This document shows positions 19,244 to 28,596 of a DNA stretch of 37,320 nt, in pieces. The notes below the pieces were generated by a model, which searched no databases, was not told where the DNA came from, and saw nothing but the letters and a program-made list of their open reading frames with translations. Position numbers and translations under genes: made by a program. Origin of the DNA: a virus. Taxonomy: Duplodnaviria > Heunggongvirae > Uroviricota > Caudoviricetes. Position 1 is the stretch's first letter. Each line of letters begins with the position of its first letter. The DNA lies in the IMG/VR virus record IMGVR_UViG_2534681604_000010, positions 1 through 37,320 of that record; one strand, given 5' to 3'.

Positions 19244-19617
19244 GCTGCTACCTGTTGCGCCATCTGATTACGGGTGATCCAGAAGGCAATAACGGTCAGT
19301 AGATAAAAGACCAGGGTAATAGCCCACCCCGTCCAGGCGAGACTTACGACAATCAGCAATCGCATCACCCAGCTGATAAATACGTTTTCTTTTCGGGTAA
19401 TGGTCTTCAGCAAAGATGCCCTCAACTCCTGCCAGAGCGGGCCATTCTTAATTAACGCAGCCAGTGCTACCGGAATTACCGCCCATGTCAGTAAACAGGC
19501 TACCCAAACGCCGGACGCTGCCAGTACCGGAAAAATCCCCTGCGGATACACCATTGCGGCGATTAACAGCGCCATCCATAACATCAGAAACAGCCCGCTG
19601 ATTAATTTCTTTTTCAT
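19240..19617 (-). CDS. lysA: LysA-like membrane protein (lysis timing)
   Basis: Three to four predicted TM helices; start placed at MKKKLIS...; the ORF track extends to 19689, which would overlap K. Confidence 0.6.
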   Translation of the reverse strand: MKKKLISGLFLMLWMALLIAAMVYPQGIFPVLAASGVWVACLLTWAVIPVALAALIKNGPLWQELRASLLKTITRKENVFISWVMRLLIVVSLAWTGWAITLVFYLLTVIAFWITRNQMAQQVAA

Positions 19618-19618
19618 T

Positions 19619-20131
19619 TCAGTTTGCTCCCTGTAAACACCAGGCCATCTCCCGCGCACGGCGGTTATCCAGCCCCTGATTAAACACACCTTTCACATAA
19701 ACCCAGCGCGGCAACTGTCGGCACGCATCCGCCCAGCGCCGCTGATTGAGTAATTTCACCAGCGTGGAACTGCAGGCATTGCCCGTTCCCACGTTGAAGG
19801 CAAACGACACCGCAGCGTCATATACCTTCTGCGGCGGCTGTTGTTTCACACACCTTTCCAGCGCTCGCTCCACACGCAGCACGTTGGAAATCAGTCCTTC
19901 TGCTGCCTGTCGTTCCGTAATGGTTTTGCCGGGAATGACGCCTGACGTGTTACCAATGCCGTCGGTCCAGACGCCCGCGCTGCACTGATACGGCTGCAGA
20001 CGACAGCCTTCGTAATCGGCAATCAGTTTCAGCCCCTCCACGGAGGTGTGAAGCTGCTGAAACCCCGGCAGCGTGGCAGCAATAGCCAGCACGGCCCCGA
20101 CAAGGCAGCGTTTAACGATTGATGGATTCAT
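19619..20131 (-). CDS. K: Endolysin, lysozyme family with N-terminal signal-anchor-release (SAR) domain (gpK position)
   Basis: EGCRLQPYQCSAGVWTDGIGNT catalytic region recalled as P1 Lyz / phage 21 R-like; weakly hydrophobic Gly/Ala-rich N-terminus. Confidence 0.8.
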   Translation of the reverse strand: MNPSIVKRCLVGAVLAIAATLPGFQQLHTSVEGLKLIADYEGCRLQPYQCSAGVWTDGIGNTSGVIPGKTITERQAAEGLISNVLRVERALERCVKQQPPQKVYDAAVSFAFNVGTGNACSSTLVKLLNQRRWADACRQLPRWVYVKGVFNQGLDNRRAREMAWCLQGAN

Positions 20132-20327
20132 AGTCCTCCCGCGAGATCTGCCCGTCGCGCAGAAGCTGGTAGGCTTTGTGTTTGTAGTACCAGTTGATAG
20201 CCAGCATCAGCACACCAATCATCAGGCCGCCCAGCGTTGAGGCATCCTTGATGGACAAATCGCCCAGCCAGGCCAGCACAACGGCGATGCAGTACGTGAT
20301 AAAGGCGCTGATTCGCTCAAGCGTCAT
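20112..20327 (-). CDS. Y: Holin (gpY position), likely a pinholin given the SAR endolysin
   Basis: 71 aa, two predicted TM helices, charged C-terminus; sits between X and K. Confidence 0.7.
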   Translation of the reverse strand: MTLERISAFITYCIAVVLAWLGDLSIKDASTLGGLMIGVLMLAINWYYKHKAYQLLRDGQISREDYESINR

Positions 20328-20330
20328 AAT

Positions 20331-20534
20331 TCAGTCCCATAGCTGGACGGTCTGCACGGTGGTGGTGGTCGGAATGTCCGGCAGCTCCACCTGCAGCCCG
20401 TGAGGTAAAAAGGGGCCATATTCGGCAAGCCCCGGATTTGCCTTCAGTACCTGCTCCGTGACACCCTGCGTGCGCCCGTAATGACGCCAGCAAAGCGCGT
20501 CCACCGTGTCATACTGATGCGCACGCACTTTCAT
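20331..20534 (-). CDS. X: Tail protein gpX
   Basis: 67 aa; P2 X position between L and the holin. Confidence 0.75.
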   Translation of the reverse strand: MKVRAHQYDTVDALCWRHYGRTQGVTEQVLKANPGLAEYGPFLPHGLQVELPDIPTTTTVQTVQLWD

Positions 20535-20998
20535 CAGATAAGCTCCACTGTGCAGTGCGGCGCATCCTGCACCCGGCTGATGGCCCAGCGGGCGTCACGC
20601 CACAAATCACCGCTGGATTCCGCCAGTTCCTCGCCTCGCTTCACACCGGATGCCGTGGCGTCATAGTCCTGGTATCGTTCGTTGAGCATGGCGCGTGCCC
20701 AGCAGTAAACCGCGTTGAAATAGTGCTGAATGCGCTCACTTTTGCCGTCCAGCTGTTCCGCCGGAACCTCAGCCAGCGACACATACCCCAGCATCTGCTG
20801 ACGTCTGCGAAACTCATACAGCTCTGCGTTGACCTCCGAAATTGCCGACAGCGCAACCTGCTTTAAACGCGGCTGCGTCACCGTGCCGTCAGTGCGCATG
20901 ACACTGCGAAACTCCGACAGGTCCACATCAGGCCAGAACGGCGTATTTCTGATGATTTCCGCCTGTTCCGGTGCCTGTTCTGGCGCAACAAACTTCAT
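20534..20998 (-). CDS. L: Head completion / stabilisation protein gpL
   Basis: Start chosen at the internal Met with RBS AGGAGAAA; the ORF track extends to 21061. Confidence 0.75.
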   Translation of the reverse strand: MKFVAPEQAPEQAEIIRNTPFWPDVDLSEFRSVMRTDGTVTQPRLKQVALSAISEVNAELYEFRRRQQMLGYVSLAEVPAEQLDGKSERIQHYFNAVYCWARAMLNERYQDYDATASGVKRGEELAESSGDLWRDARWAISRVQDAPHCTVELI

Positions 20999-21093
20999 GC
21001 TGCTTTCTCCTGAAATAGAGGGCGGTGGACGGGGTTTTGATGTGGCAGTGCCTTTCGCCACCCCGTGCCGCCCGTGCGCGGGGGCACGTTCTG

Positions 21094-21744
21094 TCAGCGG
21101 CTGTCATTGCGCAGTCTGCGCTCCAGCTGCTGTTTGTCTTTTTTCACGCCACAGCGGGGATCAAGCTGTAACGCATGGTTGAGATGATTAAGGGCGGAAG
21201 CCGGATTGCTTTCACTCAGGACAGCGCCAATCGCTTTATGCAGACGCGCCCGTGACTGGTCCGGCATATCCAGACCGTCTGTCAGCTCCAGCGTCTGCAA
21301 CAACAGATCGGCATCAAAGCCGGTGGCGGCAAGCATTGCGCTCTGCGCGGCGTCTGCCATTTCCTCTGCCAGCACGGTCTGCACGTTGCGGTTACCCAGC
21401 GGCATCACCCAGCCATGACGCAGGGCATGACGCCCGATCTCCAGCGCCCCGGCATAATCTCCGGCATCAATGCGCCACAGCATCACGTACATCAGCACGT
21501 CATCCTGTTGAGCGCCTCCGGCAGCCAGGACACCCTCTGCCCAGGCGGCGTACTTCGGCAGCAGCTCCACCTTGATTTCCGCTTTTTTGACCGTGGACTG
21601 AACGCCCTTGAGACGGCGGCGGTCTTCCGCCAGTTGCAGCAGCATCAGGTCATAGCCCGATGCGTGGCGAACACTGCCGCCCTCGCGGGCGGCCTGTTCA
21701 GCCTGAACGCGCAGGCGATGCTGCCGTGCGGGACTCAGGCTCAT
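21094..21744 (-). CDS. M: Terminase small (endonuclease) subunit gpM
   Basis: 216 aa; P2 synteny downstream of N. Confidence 0.8.
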   Translation of the reverse strand: MSLSPARQHRLRVQAEQAAREGGSVRHASGYDLMLLQLAEDRRRLKGVQSTVKKAEIKVELLPKYAAWAEGVLAAGGAQQDDVLMYVMLWRIDAGDYAGALEIGRHALRHGWVMPLGNRNVQTVLAEEMADAAQSAMLAATGFDADLLLQTLELTDGLDMPDQSRARLHKAIGAVLSESNPASALNHLNHALQLDPRCGVKKDKQQLERRLRNDSR

Positions 21745-21747
21745 GGA

Positions 21748-22806
21748 TTACGCTCCGGTTTCGGCTGCGGCGGCGCTGAAATCACCAATCTGGATGTTTT
21801 CCACCAGTGCGGCGCAGCGGTAGTCCTCAACCACATAGGCTTCATTAACGGATTCAAAGTTTTCAATCCGGTCACGTTTCGGGTTGTCGATAACTGAACG
21901 GCGGCGGGTGTCTTCCTGCCAGTAGATGGACAGGTTATCCAGACGGGTGATCAGCAGCGCATTCGGCGGGAAGAACGGCGCACGCACGGCCTGCAGGCCA
22001 CCCATGCGTTTCTGGCTGATGATCATATCGGCAGCCAGTTTTTCACTGTTTTCCTGCTCTTTGTTGACCAGCGGGAAATACTTGTCAGACAACAGTTCAC
22101 GACCGCAAATCACCACCAGATCGTCATCGTCCTGGTAAACCACGTCGATAAGCTCATTGACGGCATCCATCACCACAGCGTCCAGGTTGGCATATTCGCC
22201 ACCTTTCCCGACTTTCACCGCACCCGGAGTGGTTTCACCGCCCGTGGTGGTGCTGCCCATGACGTGATCCGGTGCATCCTCACGGATTTTCTGCAGCCAG
22301 CCTTTGTTCACATCCTGCAGCAGCGGGTTTTCGCTACGGTTGGAGGTTTTCGCACGCTTCACGCCGTTAAAGCCGATCATGATGCGGTCCAGTGCCTGAC
22401 GTTTCACGATGGCGTCACGGATGCGCACCTGGAAATCCTGAAACTTCGCCCACAGATCCAGCTTCGCGTAGGTCAGCACCGTGTCAAAGTTGGTCTGCTC
22501 GCATTTATATTCCACATCGACCATCAGGGTCGGATCGACGGGTTCACGCTCTTTCGCGGTGGTGTCAGTGGTTCCGGCAATGGTGCTGCCAACACCCAGC
22601 CCCAGCAGCTGACCGGACTGCTCAGTCACTGGCGTGACGTTAATCAGCGTCAGGAAAGCGGCGGACTGCTGGATCTGGTCCTCCAGCGTCTGCTGCACAG
22701 ACGGCTCCACAGTGAATTTGCTGGACAGTTCTTCAACTGCCACACCGTTCAGACGCGCCAGCTGCTGCAGGTAAGCGTTAAAAGCAAAGCGGGTATTCTT
22801 CTTCAT
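21748..22806 (-). CDS. N: Major capsid protein gpN
   Basis: 352 aa; P2 synteny; N-like sequence. Confidence 0.9.
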   Translation of the reverse strand: MKKNTRFAFNAYLQQLARLNGVAVEELSSKFTVEPSVQQTLEDQIQQSAAFLTLINVTPVTEQSGQLLGLGVGSTIAGTTDTTAKEREPVDPTLMVDVEYKCEQTNFDTVLTYAKLDLWAKFQDFQVRIRDAIVKRQALDRIMIGFNGVKRAKTSNRSENPLLQDVNKGWLQKIREDAPDHVMGSTTTGGETTPGAVKVGKGGEYANLDAVVMDAVNELIDVVYQDDDDLVVICGRELLSDKYFPLVNKEQENSEKLAADMIISQKRMGGLQAVRAPFFPPNALLITRLDNLSIYWQEDTRRRSVIDNPKRDRIENFESVNEAYVVEDYRCAALVENIQIGDFSAAAAETGA

Positions 22807-22822
22807 CGGGTTTTGTGCTCCA

Positions 22823-23656
22823 TCAGCAATTGGTCAGAGTGTCAGCGGGGGCGTTACCGCCTGTTGCACGCTGGCGGTAGTCCTGGCGGCTGTCTTCTTG
22901 ACTCAGCTTGTCCACCAGTTCGTTAAAGGCGGTCTGCTGTGCCTGCAGGGCAGTCTCCAGCTCAGACAGGCGTTCTTCCTGCTCAGACAGGGATTTTTCG
23001 GTGCGTGCGCTCAGGTTTTGCTGCTCAGTGGCGACCAGCTCCACGGCCTTATGCACATCAGAGAACCGGGCGTCATCGGACTGATCTTTTTTGGTAAACA
23101 GCGCCGTGACACGGGCAAACAGGGACGGTTTGTCATCCTGGATTTCTTCCAGTTCGATCACCGTTTCCTCTGCAGCGGTAAAGAGATTGGCAGGATTCTG
23201 CTTGCGGTTTGCCAGTGGGTTATGGGCTGCACTGGCGCTGAATGTCAGCATTTCAGTGCCCAGACTGGCAGGGTCATCAGTGGCAGCCAGGCCGACCAGG
23301 TAGGCTTTGCCCGTATCAGCGAACTTCGGGCTGACTTCCATAGAGGTGAATAATTTCTGGCCTTTTTTCACCAGCTCCACCAGGGACTCCGTTGGCTCAA
23401 CGTCGGCATACAGCGCCATCTTGCCTGCCAGCGGACCTTCCGTGATTTCTTCAGCAAACAGCGCCGTCACCTTGCCGTAGCGGTTAAAGGTGCTGTCCGG
23501 CAGATAAGACTTGATGTGCTCAAGGTTAATCAGCGCGGTATACACCGCCGGGTTATAGCTGGCTGCCATCTGTTCCAGCCATTCACGCTGGATTTCGCGT
23601 CCGTCGGTGGTGGCACCTTCCACCCCGATGCGAAAACGCTTTGCTTTCACTGTCAT
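22823..23656 (-). CDS. O: Capsid scaffolding protein gpO
   Basis: 277 aa; acidic coiled-coil C-terminal half; divergent from P. Confidence 0.85.
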   Translation of the reverse strand: MTVKAKRFRIGVEGATTDGREIQREWLEQMAASYNPAVYTALINLEHIKSYLPDSTFNRYGKVTALFAEEITEGPLAGKMALYADVEPTESLVELVKKGQKLFTSMEVSPKFADTGKAYLVGLAATDDPASLGTEMLTFSASAAHNPLANRKQNPANLFTAAEETVIELEEIQDDKPSLFARVTALFTKKDQSDDARFSDVHKAVELVATEQQNLSARTEKSLSEQEERLSELETALQAQQTAFNELVDKLSQEDSRQDYRQRATGGNAPADTLTNC

Positions 23657-23734
23657 GAGCCGTGCTCCGTTAGAAAAAACTTACTGGAGCCTTATGGTTG
23701 CGGTGATAGGGGCAGTGAAACAATGCGCGGTATT

Positions 23735-23752
23735 TGTACCGACAACCACACA
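23735..23752. promoter_or_regulatory. TGT-N12-ACA dyad, candidate Ogr-dependent late promoter element in the O/P divergent intergenic region
   Basis: TGTACCGACAACCACACA read from the sequence; the motif type is established for P2 late promoters, but it is short and would occur by chance elsewhere. Confidence 0.35.
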
Positions 23753-23798
23753 AACCGCAGGCGGGGAAAGCCTTCATTCAAGGTTGTAGGTTTGTGCC

Positions 23799-25565
23799 AT
23801 GAACACCACACTGACACCCGCAGATCTCGATCCCCGTCGGCAGGCCATGCTGCTGTACTTTCAGGGATACCGCGTAGCCCGCATTGCTGAAATGCTGGGC
23901 GAGAAAGTTGCAACCGTTCACAGCTGGAAAAAACGCGACAAGTGGAGTGACTATGGGCCGCTGGATCAGATGCAGCTCACCACCGCCGCACGCTACTGCC
24001 AGCTCATCATGAAGGAGCACAAAGAAGGGAAAGATTTCAAAGAGATTGACCTGCTGGCGCGCCAGTCGGAGCGCCACGCGCGGATCGGCAAGTTTAACAA
24101 TGGCGGCAACGAAGCCGACTTAAACCCTAACGTCGCCAACCGCAATAAAGGCCCACGCCGTCAGCCGGAAAAGAATGTTTTCACCGATGAGCAGATTGAG
24201 AAGCTGGAAGAAATCTTCCATTCCTCCATGTTCAACTACCAGCGCCACTGGTGGGAAGCCGGAAAAACCAACCGCATCCGCAACCTGCTGAAGTCTCGCC
24301 AGATCGGCGCGACCTTCTATTTTGCCCGTGAAGCCCTGATTGACGCCCTGCTTACCGGACGTAACCAGATTTTCCTTTCTGCCAGTAAGGCTCAGGCCCA
24401 CGTCTTTAAACAATACATCATCGACTTCGCCAAAGAAGTCGAGGTGGAGCTAAAAGGCGATCCGATGGTGCTTCCTAACGGAGCCACGCTTTACTTCCTC
24501 GGCACCAATGCCCGCACGGCCCAGAGTTATCACGGCAACCTGTATCTGGATGAATATTTCTGGATACCGAAATTCCAGGAGCTGCGCAAAGTGGCTTCCG
24601 GGATGGCTATTCACAAGAAATGGCGACAAACCTATTTTTCCACGCCATCCAGCCTGACCCACAGTGCTTATCCGTTCTGGTCCGGTGCGCTGTTCAACCG
24701 TGGACGCAACAAAGCTGACAAGGTGGACATCGACCTGTCCCACAGCAATCTGGCCCCCGGCCTACTGTGCGCAGACGGGCAATACCGCCAGATAGTCACC
24801 GTGGAAGATGCGGTGCGCGGCGGCTGTAACCTGTTCGACCTCGACCAGCTGCGCATGGAGTACAGCCCGGACGAATACCAGAACCTGCTGATGTGCGAGT
24901 TCGTGGACGATCTCGCGTCCGTGTTCCCGCTCAGCGAACTGCAGGCGTGCATGGTGGACAGCTGGGAAGTCTGGACCGACTTTCATGCACTGGCCCTGCG
25001 CCCGTTTGGCTGGCGCGAAGTGTGGATCGGTTATGACCCGGCAAAAGGTACGCAGAACGGCGACAGTGCCGGATGCGTGGTGGTGGCTCCGCCAGCCGTG
25101 CCGGGTGGTAAGTTCCGCATTCTTGAGCGTCACCAGTGGCGCGGGATGGACTTCCGCGCCCAGGCTGACGCCATCAAAAAACTGACCGAACAGTATAACG
25201 TGACCTATATCGGTATCGACTCGACCGGCGTCGGTCACGGGGTTTACGAGAACGTGAAAGCGTTCTTTCCTGCCGTCCGAGAGTTTGTCTACAACCCCAA
25301 CGTTAAAAATGCCCTGGTACTCAAGGCCTACGACATTATCAGTCACCGCCGTCTGGAGTTTGACGCCGGACACACCGACATAGCGCAGTCCTTTATGGCA
25401 ATCCGTCGCGCCACCACCGCCAGTGGCAACCGCCCGACCTATGAAGCCAGCCGCAGCGAAGAAGCCAGCCACGCCGATCTGGCCTGGGCAACGATGCACG
25501 CACTGTTTAACGAACCGCTGCAGGGCGAATCCGCCAATACCAGCAATATTGTGGAGATTTTTTGA
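23799..25565 (+). CDS. P: Terminase large (ATPase) subunit gpP
   Basis: 588 aa; P2 P-like; divergent from O. Confidence 0.9.
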   Translation: MNTTLTPADLDPRRQAMLLYFQGYRVARIAEMLGEKVATVHSWKKRDKWSDYGPLDQMQLTTAARYCQLIMKEHKEGKDFKEIDLLARQSERHARIGKFNNGGNEADLNPNVANRNKGPRRQPEKNVFTDEQIEKLEEIFHSSMFNYQRHWWEAGKTNRIRNLLKSRQIGATFYFAREALIDALLTGRNQIFLSASKAQAHVFKQYIIDFAKEVEVELKGDPMVLPNGATLYFLGTNARTAQSYHGNLYLDEYFWIPKFQELRKVASGMAIHKKWRQTYFSTPSSLTHSAYPFWSGALFNRGRNKADKVDIDLSHSNLAPGLLCADGQYRQIVTVEDAVRGGCNLFDLDQLRMEYSPDEYQNLLMCEFVDDLASVFPLSELQACMVDSWEVWTDFHALALRPFGWREVWIGYDPAKGTQNGDSAGCVVVAPPAVPGGKFRILERHQWRGMDFRAQADAIKKLTEQYNVTYIGIDSTGVGHGVYENVKAFFPAVREFVYNPNVKNALVLKAYDIISHRRLEFDAGHTDIAQSFMAIRRATTASGNRPTYEASRSEEASHADLAWATMHALFNEPLQGESANTSNIVEIF

Positions 25566-26593
25566 TGGGAAAGAGTAAGAAAAACCGCGCTGTGTCGACG
25601 AACCAGATTCAGCATAAAAGCCAGACTTCAGCCGAAGCATTCAGCTTTGGCGATCCCGTTCCTGTTCTGGACCGCCGCGAACTGCTGGACTATGTGGAAT
25701 GCGTACAGACAGATCGCTGGTATGAGCCGCCAGTGAGTTTTGACGGACTGGCGCGAACCTTCCGCGCTGCCGTGCATCACAGTTCACCAATTGCGGTGAA
25801 ATGCAACATTCTGACCAGTACCTACATCCCTCACCCGCTTCTCAGCCAGCAGGCTTTTTCACGTTTTGTGCAGGACTATCTGGTATTTGGTAACGCTTAC
25901 CTGGAGAAACGCACGAACCGGTTCGGTGAAGTTATCGCCCTTGAGCCTGCTCTGGCAAAATACACCCGACGTGGGTTAGACCTGGATACCTACTGGTTTG
26001 TGCAATACGGTATGACAACCCAGCCGTATCAGTTCACGAAAGGCAGCATTTTTCATCTGATGGAACCAGATATCAACCAGGAGATCTACGGCCTGCCCGG
26101 TTATCTTTCTGCCATTCCGTCAGCCCTGCTCAACGAGTCCGCCACGCTGTTCCGCCGTAAGTATTACATCAACGGCAGCCATGCAGGCTTCATCATGTAC
26201 ATGACCGACGCCGCGCAGAACCAGGAAGATGTAAACAATCTCCGTAACGCGATGAAAAGCGCCAAAGGTCCAGGCAACTTCCGCAACCTGTTTATGTACT
26301 CGCCTAACGGCAAAAAAGACGGGCTTCAGATTATTCCTCTGTCAGAAGTCGCGGCAAAGGATGAATTTTTGAATATCAAGAACGTGAGCCGGGATGACAT
26401 GATGGCTGCGCACCGCGTGCCGCCGCAAATGATGGGGATTATGCCTAATAATGTTGGAGGGTTTGGGGATGTGGAGAAGGCGAGTAATGTTTTTGTAAGA
26501 AATGAACTAACATCATTGCAAAAAAGATTTGAAGAATTGAATATATGGTTAGGTAAAACTGTTATCAGTTTTGACGCCTACAAACTTGAATAA
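25562..26593 (+). CDS. Q: Portal protein gpQ
   Basis: 343 aa; ATGA overlap with P; P2 Q-like. Confidence 0.9.
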   Translation: MMGKSKKNRAVSTNQIQHKSQTSAEAFSFGDPVPVLDRRELLDYVECVQTDRWYEPPVSFDGLARTFRAAVHHSSPIAVKCNILTSTYIPHPLLSQQAFSRFVQDYLVFGNAYLEKRTNRFGEVIALEPALAKYTRRGLDLDTYWFVQYGMTTQPYQFTKGSIFHLMEPDINQEIYGLPGYLSAIPSALLNESATLFRRKYYINGSHAGFIMYMTDAAQNQEDVNNLRNAMKSAKGPGNFRNLFMYSPNGKKDGLQIIPLSEVAAKDEFLNIKNVSRDDMMAAHRVPPQMMGIMPNNVGGFGDVEKASNVFVRNELTSLQKRFEELNIWLGKTVISFDAYKLE

Positions 26594-26600
26594 TTATTTG

Positions 26601-26620
26601 AAAGGTGCCCTGGCACCTTT
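26601..26620. terminator. Hairpin between convergent Q and the accessory membrane-protein gene (likely bidirectional terminator)
   Basis: AAAGGTGC-CCTG-GCACCTTT perfect 8-bp stem, flanked by T-rich sequence. Confidence 0.45.
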
Positions 26621-27305
26621 ATCTATTGCACCTTGGATTAAACTTCCCTTCCACATAATTTACAACCTCAACAAATTCGCTACCATTTACCTCTCTAAAG
26701 CTAAAAACCCCTTTGCCATCTACGCATTTCTTTAAAACAAAATTTCCGTTATATTCTCCAACTACTATTTTTCCATCCAAGGTTTTCCATAGAACAGATG
26801 CAAACTGATTATGATAATTAATCCCTCCAAGAAAACTAGTAACTGACATAAAGAAAACCGTTAATATGGCATATACGAAATCTATATTAATCAAATCACC
26901 ACTTCGTTCAAATGTTTTGCACAACGACATTACCACCAACCATGAACAAATACCAAAAAGACCACCATTAAGATAGTTAACTAAGTCTTTTTCCCCCCTC
27001 TTAAAACTTAAAAAAACTGAAAATATTGTTATGGCAATAAAAATCCAAAGAACATACTTAATTTTATTAAGTTTAATCGCACCATCATTCAAAATAAAAT
27101 TAAAAACACCTATAATAATACTACCAAAATAGAAAAAAAGCTTTAAAGAAATATTCGCAACACTCGTTAAATCTAATGATATAAGTATTGCTGGATAACC
27201 AAAATAAACGGCCTCACCAAGTTTAAAAAAATATGCCAATATAAATAGCAACACCGTCAGTATTGTTACCAATGGAAAATCAAAGTTATTATTAAATTTA
27301 ACCAT
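26619..27305 (-). CDS. Hypothetical polytopic membrane protein (four to five predicted TM helices plus about 70-aa C-terminal soluble domain)
   Basis: 228-aa ORF in strongly AT-rich DNA between Q and cos; no family recognised. Confidence 0.55.
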   Translation of the reverse strand: MVKFNNNFDFPLVTILTVLLFILAYFFKLGEAVYFGYPAILISLDLTSVANISLKLFFYFGSIIIGVFNFILNDGAIKLNKIKYVLWIFIAITIFSVFLSFKRGEKDLVNYLNGGLFGICSWLVVMSLCKTFERSGDLINIDFVYAILTVFFMSVTSFLGGINYHNQFASVLWKTLDGKIVVGEYNGNFVLKKCVDGKGVFSFREVNGSEFVEVVNYVEGKFNPRCNR

Positions 27306-27360
27306 ACATTACAAGATTCCATTTTATTTTAATAGCGCCCACTTACGCAGACGCCCCATA

Positions 27361-27651
27361 TTATTCTTTAATAAGAGTACCCCAATCTACATCAGATTCT
27401 GCAACTACAATATTAATTGAACATTGTATGCACTCCTCACTTATTCTCGTATAAGTGAAATATCTAGTTTTAACAATACCACTAAACGAAGACCGACTAT
27501 TGTCATTACATATAGAGACAAAATCACCTACATTGGGAAGTAGAAGAAAAGGATTTTCTTCTGACGAACAGCCTACTATATCTCCGTCATCAATTGGTCT
27601 TGTGGACCCTTTAGGCAAGTATTGGTAATCATAGCTATATATCGTCTTCAT
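27361..27651 (-). CDS. Hypothetical small protein, upstream partner of the membrane protein
   Basis: 96-aa ORF, same strand, 55 bp upstream of 26619..27305; AT-rich. Confidence 0.45.
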   Translation of the reverse strand: MKTIYSYDYQYLPKGSTRPIDDGDIVGCSSEENPFLLLPNVGDFVSICNDNSRSSFSGIVKTRYFTYTRISEECIQCSINIVVAESDVDWGTLIKE

Positions 27652-27737
27652 AACCTATCATTTTCCATATCTAAAACTTCATAGAGGGACTAAATATCCT
27701 TCGCATTTTACATTTAGTCAATATTTTTCAATTCAAT

Positions 27738-27756
27738 CTGTTATGTCATCCCGCGC
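27738..27756. other. Candidate cos cohesive-end site
   Basis: Minus-strand GGCGTGGCGGGGATACGAG; the first 13 nt match the P2/186 cos end as I recall it (GGCG[A/T]GGCGGGGA); surrounded by GC-rich short repeats. Confidence 0.45.
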
Positions 27757-27936
27757 GCTCGTATCCCCGCCACGCCTGCCCGCTTTATGTAGCGGTTTTC
27801 ATGCGCCTGCATGACATAAGCAAAATCCCGCCACTCCTGGCGGGCCTCAGCTAAAACGATCCTCAAACGATCATGCGGATTCATGCGGCATAGACATGCA
27901 CAATCTCCAAAGCGGGCATCGAGACTTTTTGGAAAC

Positions 27937-28548
27937 CTACGTAACCACAGTTAATGTGTGCATCCTGTCTCGAATTGCATCACACGTCTCATCAAAAAGC
28001 TTGGTGATGGTTGTATGGTTCAACTCCGCCTCTTTCCAATAATTTTGCCCGTCAAATTCTGGATCGCTATGCTTAAACGATATTGACTCTGAAAGGCATT
28101 CCTTCCGGAAACGGTCCAAGATTATATAAACCTCTGGTGAGATGAACGGTTTGTTAGATTCAACACTTGTAACAAAAGTGTTAAATGCATCAGAAAAAAC
28201 TTTCAACCTTCTAAATTTTCTCTCTTCAAATGGTTCGTTGGGGTCAACATGATCCAGCGCAGGCCTCAGCTTAAGCACGCTTTCTCTGGTTTCAAACATC
28301 GAATTCCAAATGAGACTATATGCTGATAACTCCTTATCAAAATACGCTTTCGTTACATAAACAGAATTGTCTAACTTAGCCTTTATTCTTTCATTAGTTG
28401 CACTCAGTTGTGATTGAAATTCAGCAATATCTTTGTTTAGCCGCGACTTATATCTTTCTAAATAAACTTTCCCGATCCAAACAAATATGCCAGATGCAAC
28501 AAAAGACACCCCACCCAACGAAGCCAGAACTTTAAAGACTAAATCCAT
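27937..28548 (-). CDS. Hypothetical membrane-anchored protein (N-terminal TM helix, soluble C-terminal domain)
   Basis: 203-aa ORF; AT-rich; located between gene A and cos, the tin/old accessory position of P2. Confidence 0.55.
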   Translation of the reverse strand: MDLVFKVLASLGGVSFVASGIFVWIGKVYLERYKSRLNKDIAEFQSQLSATNERIKAKLDNSVYVTKAYFDKELSAYSLIWNSMFETRESVLKLRPALDHVDPNEPFEERKFRRLKVFSDAFNTFVTSVESNKPFISPEVYIILDRFRKECLSESISFKHSDPEFDGQNYWKEAELNHTTITKLFDETCDAIRDRMHTLTVVT

Positions 28549-28596
28549 TGCGCCCCCACCTGCAAAAATAGTATTCCATTATAAGCTAATACATTT

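Noticed and set aside
24762-25640. 292-aa minus-strand ORF inside the terminase large subunit gene
   Set aside because: Antisense to a well-supported 588-aa terminase ORF; no independent support.
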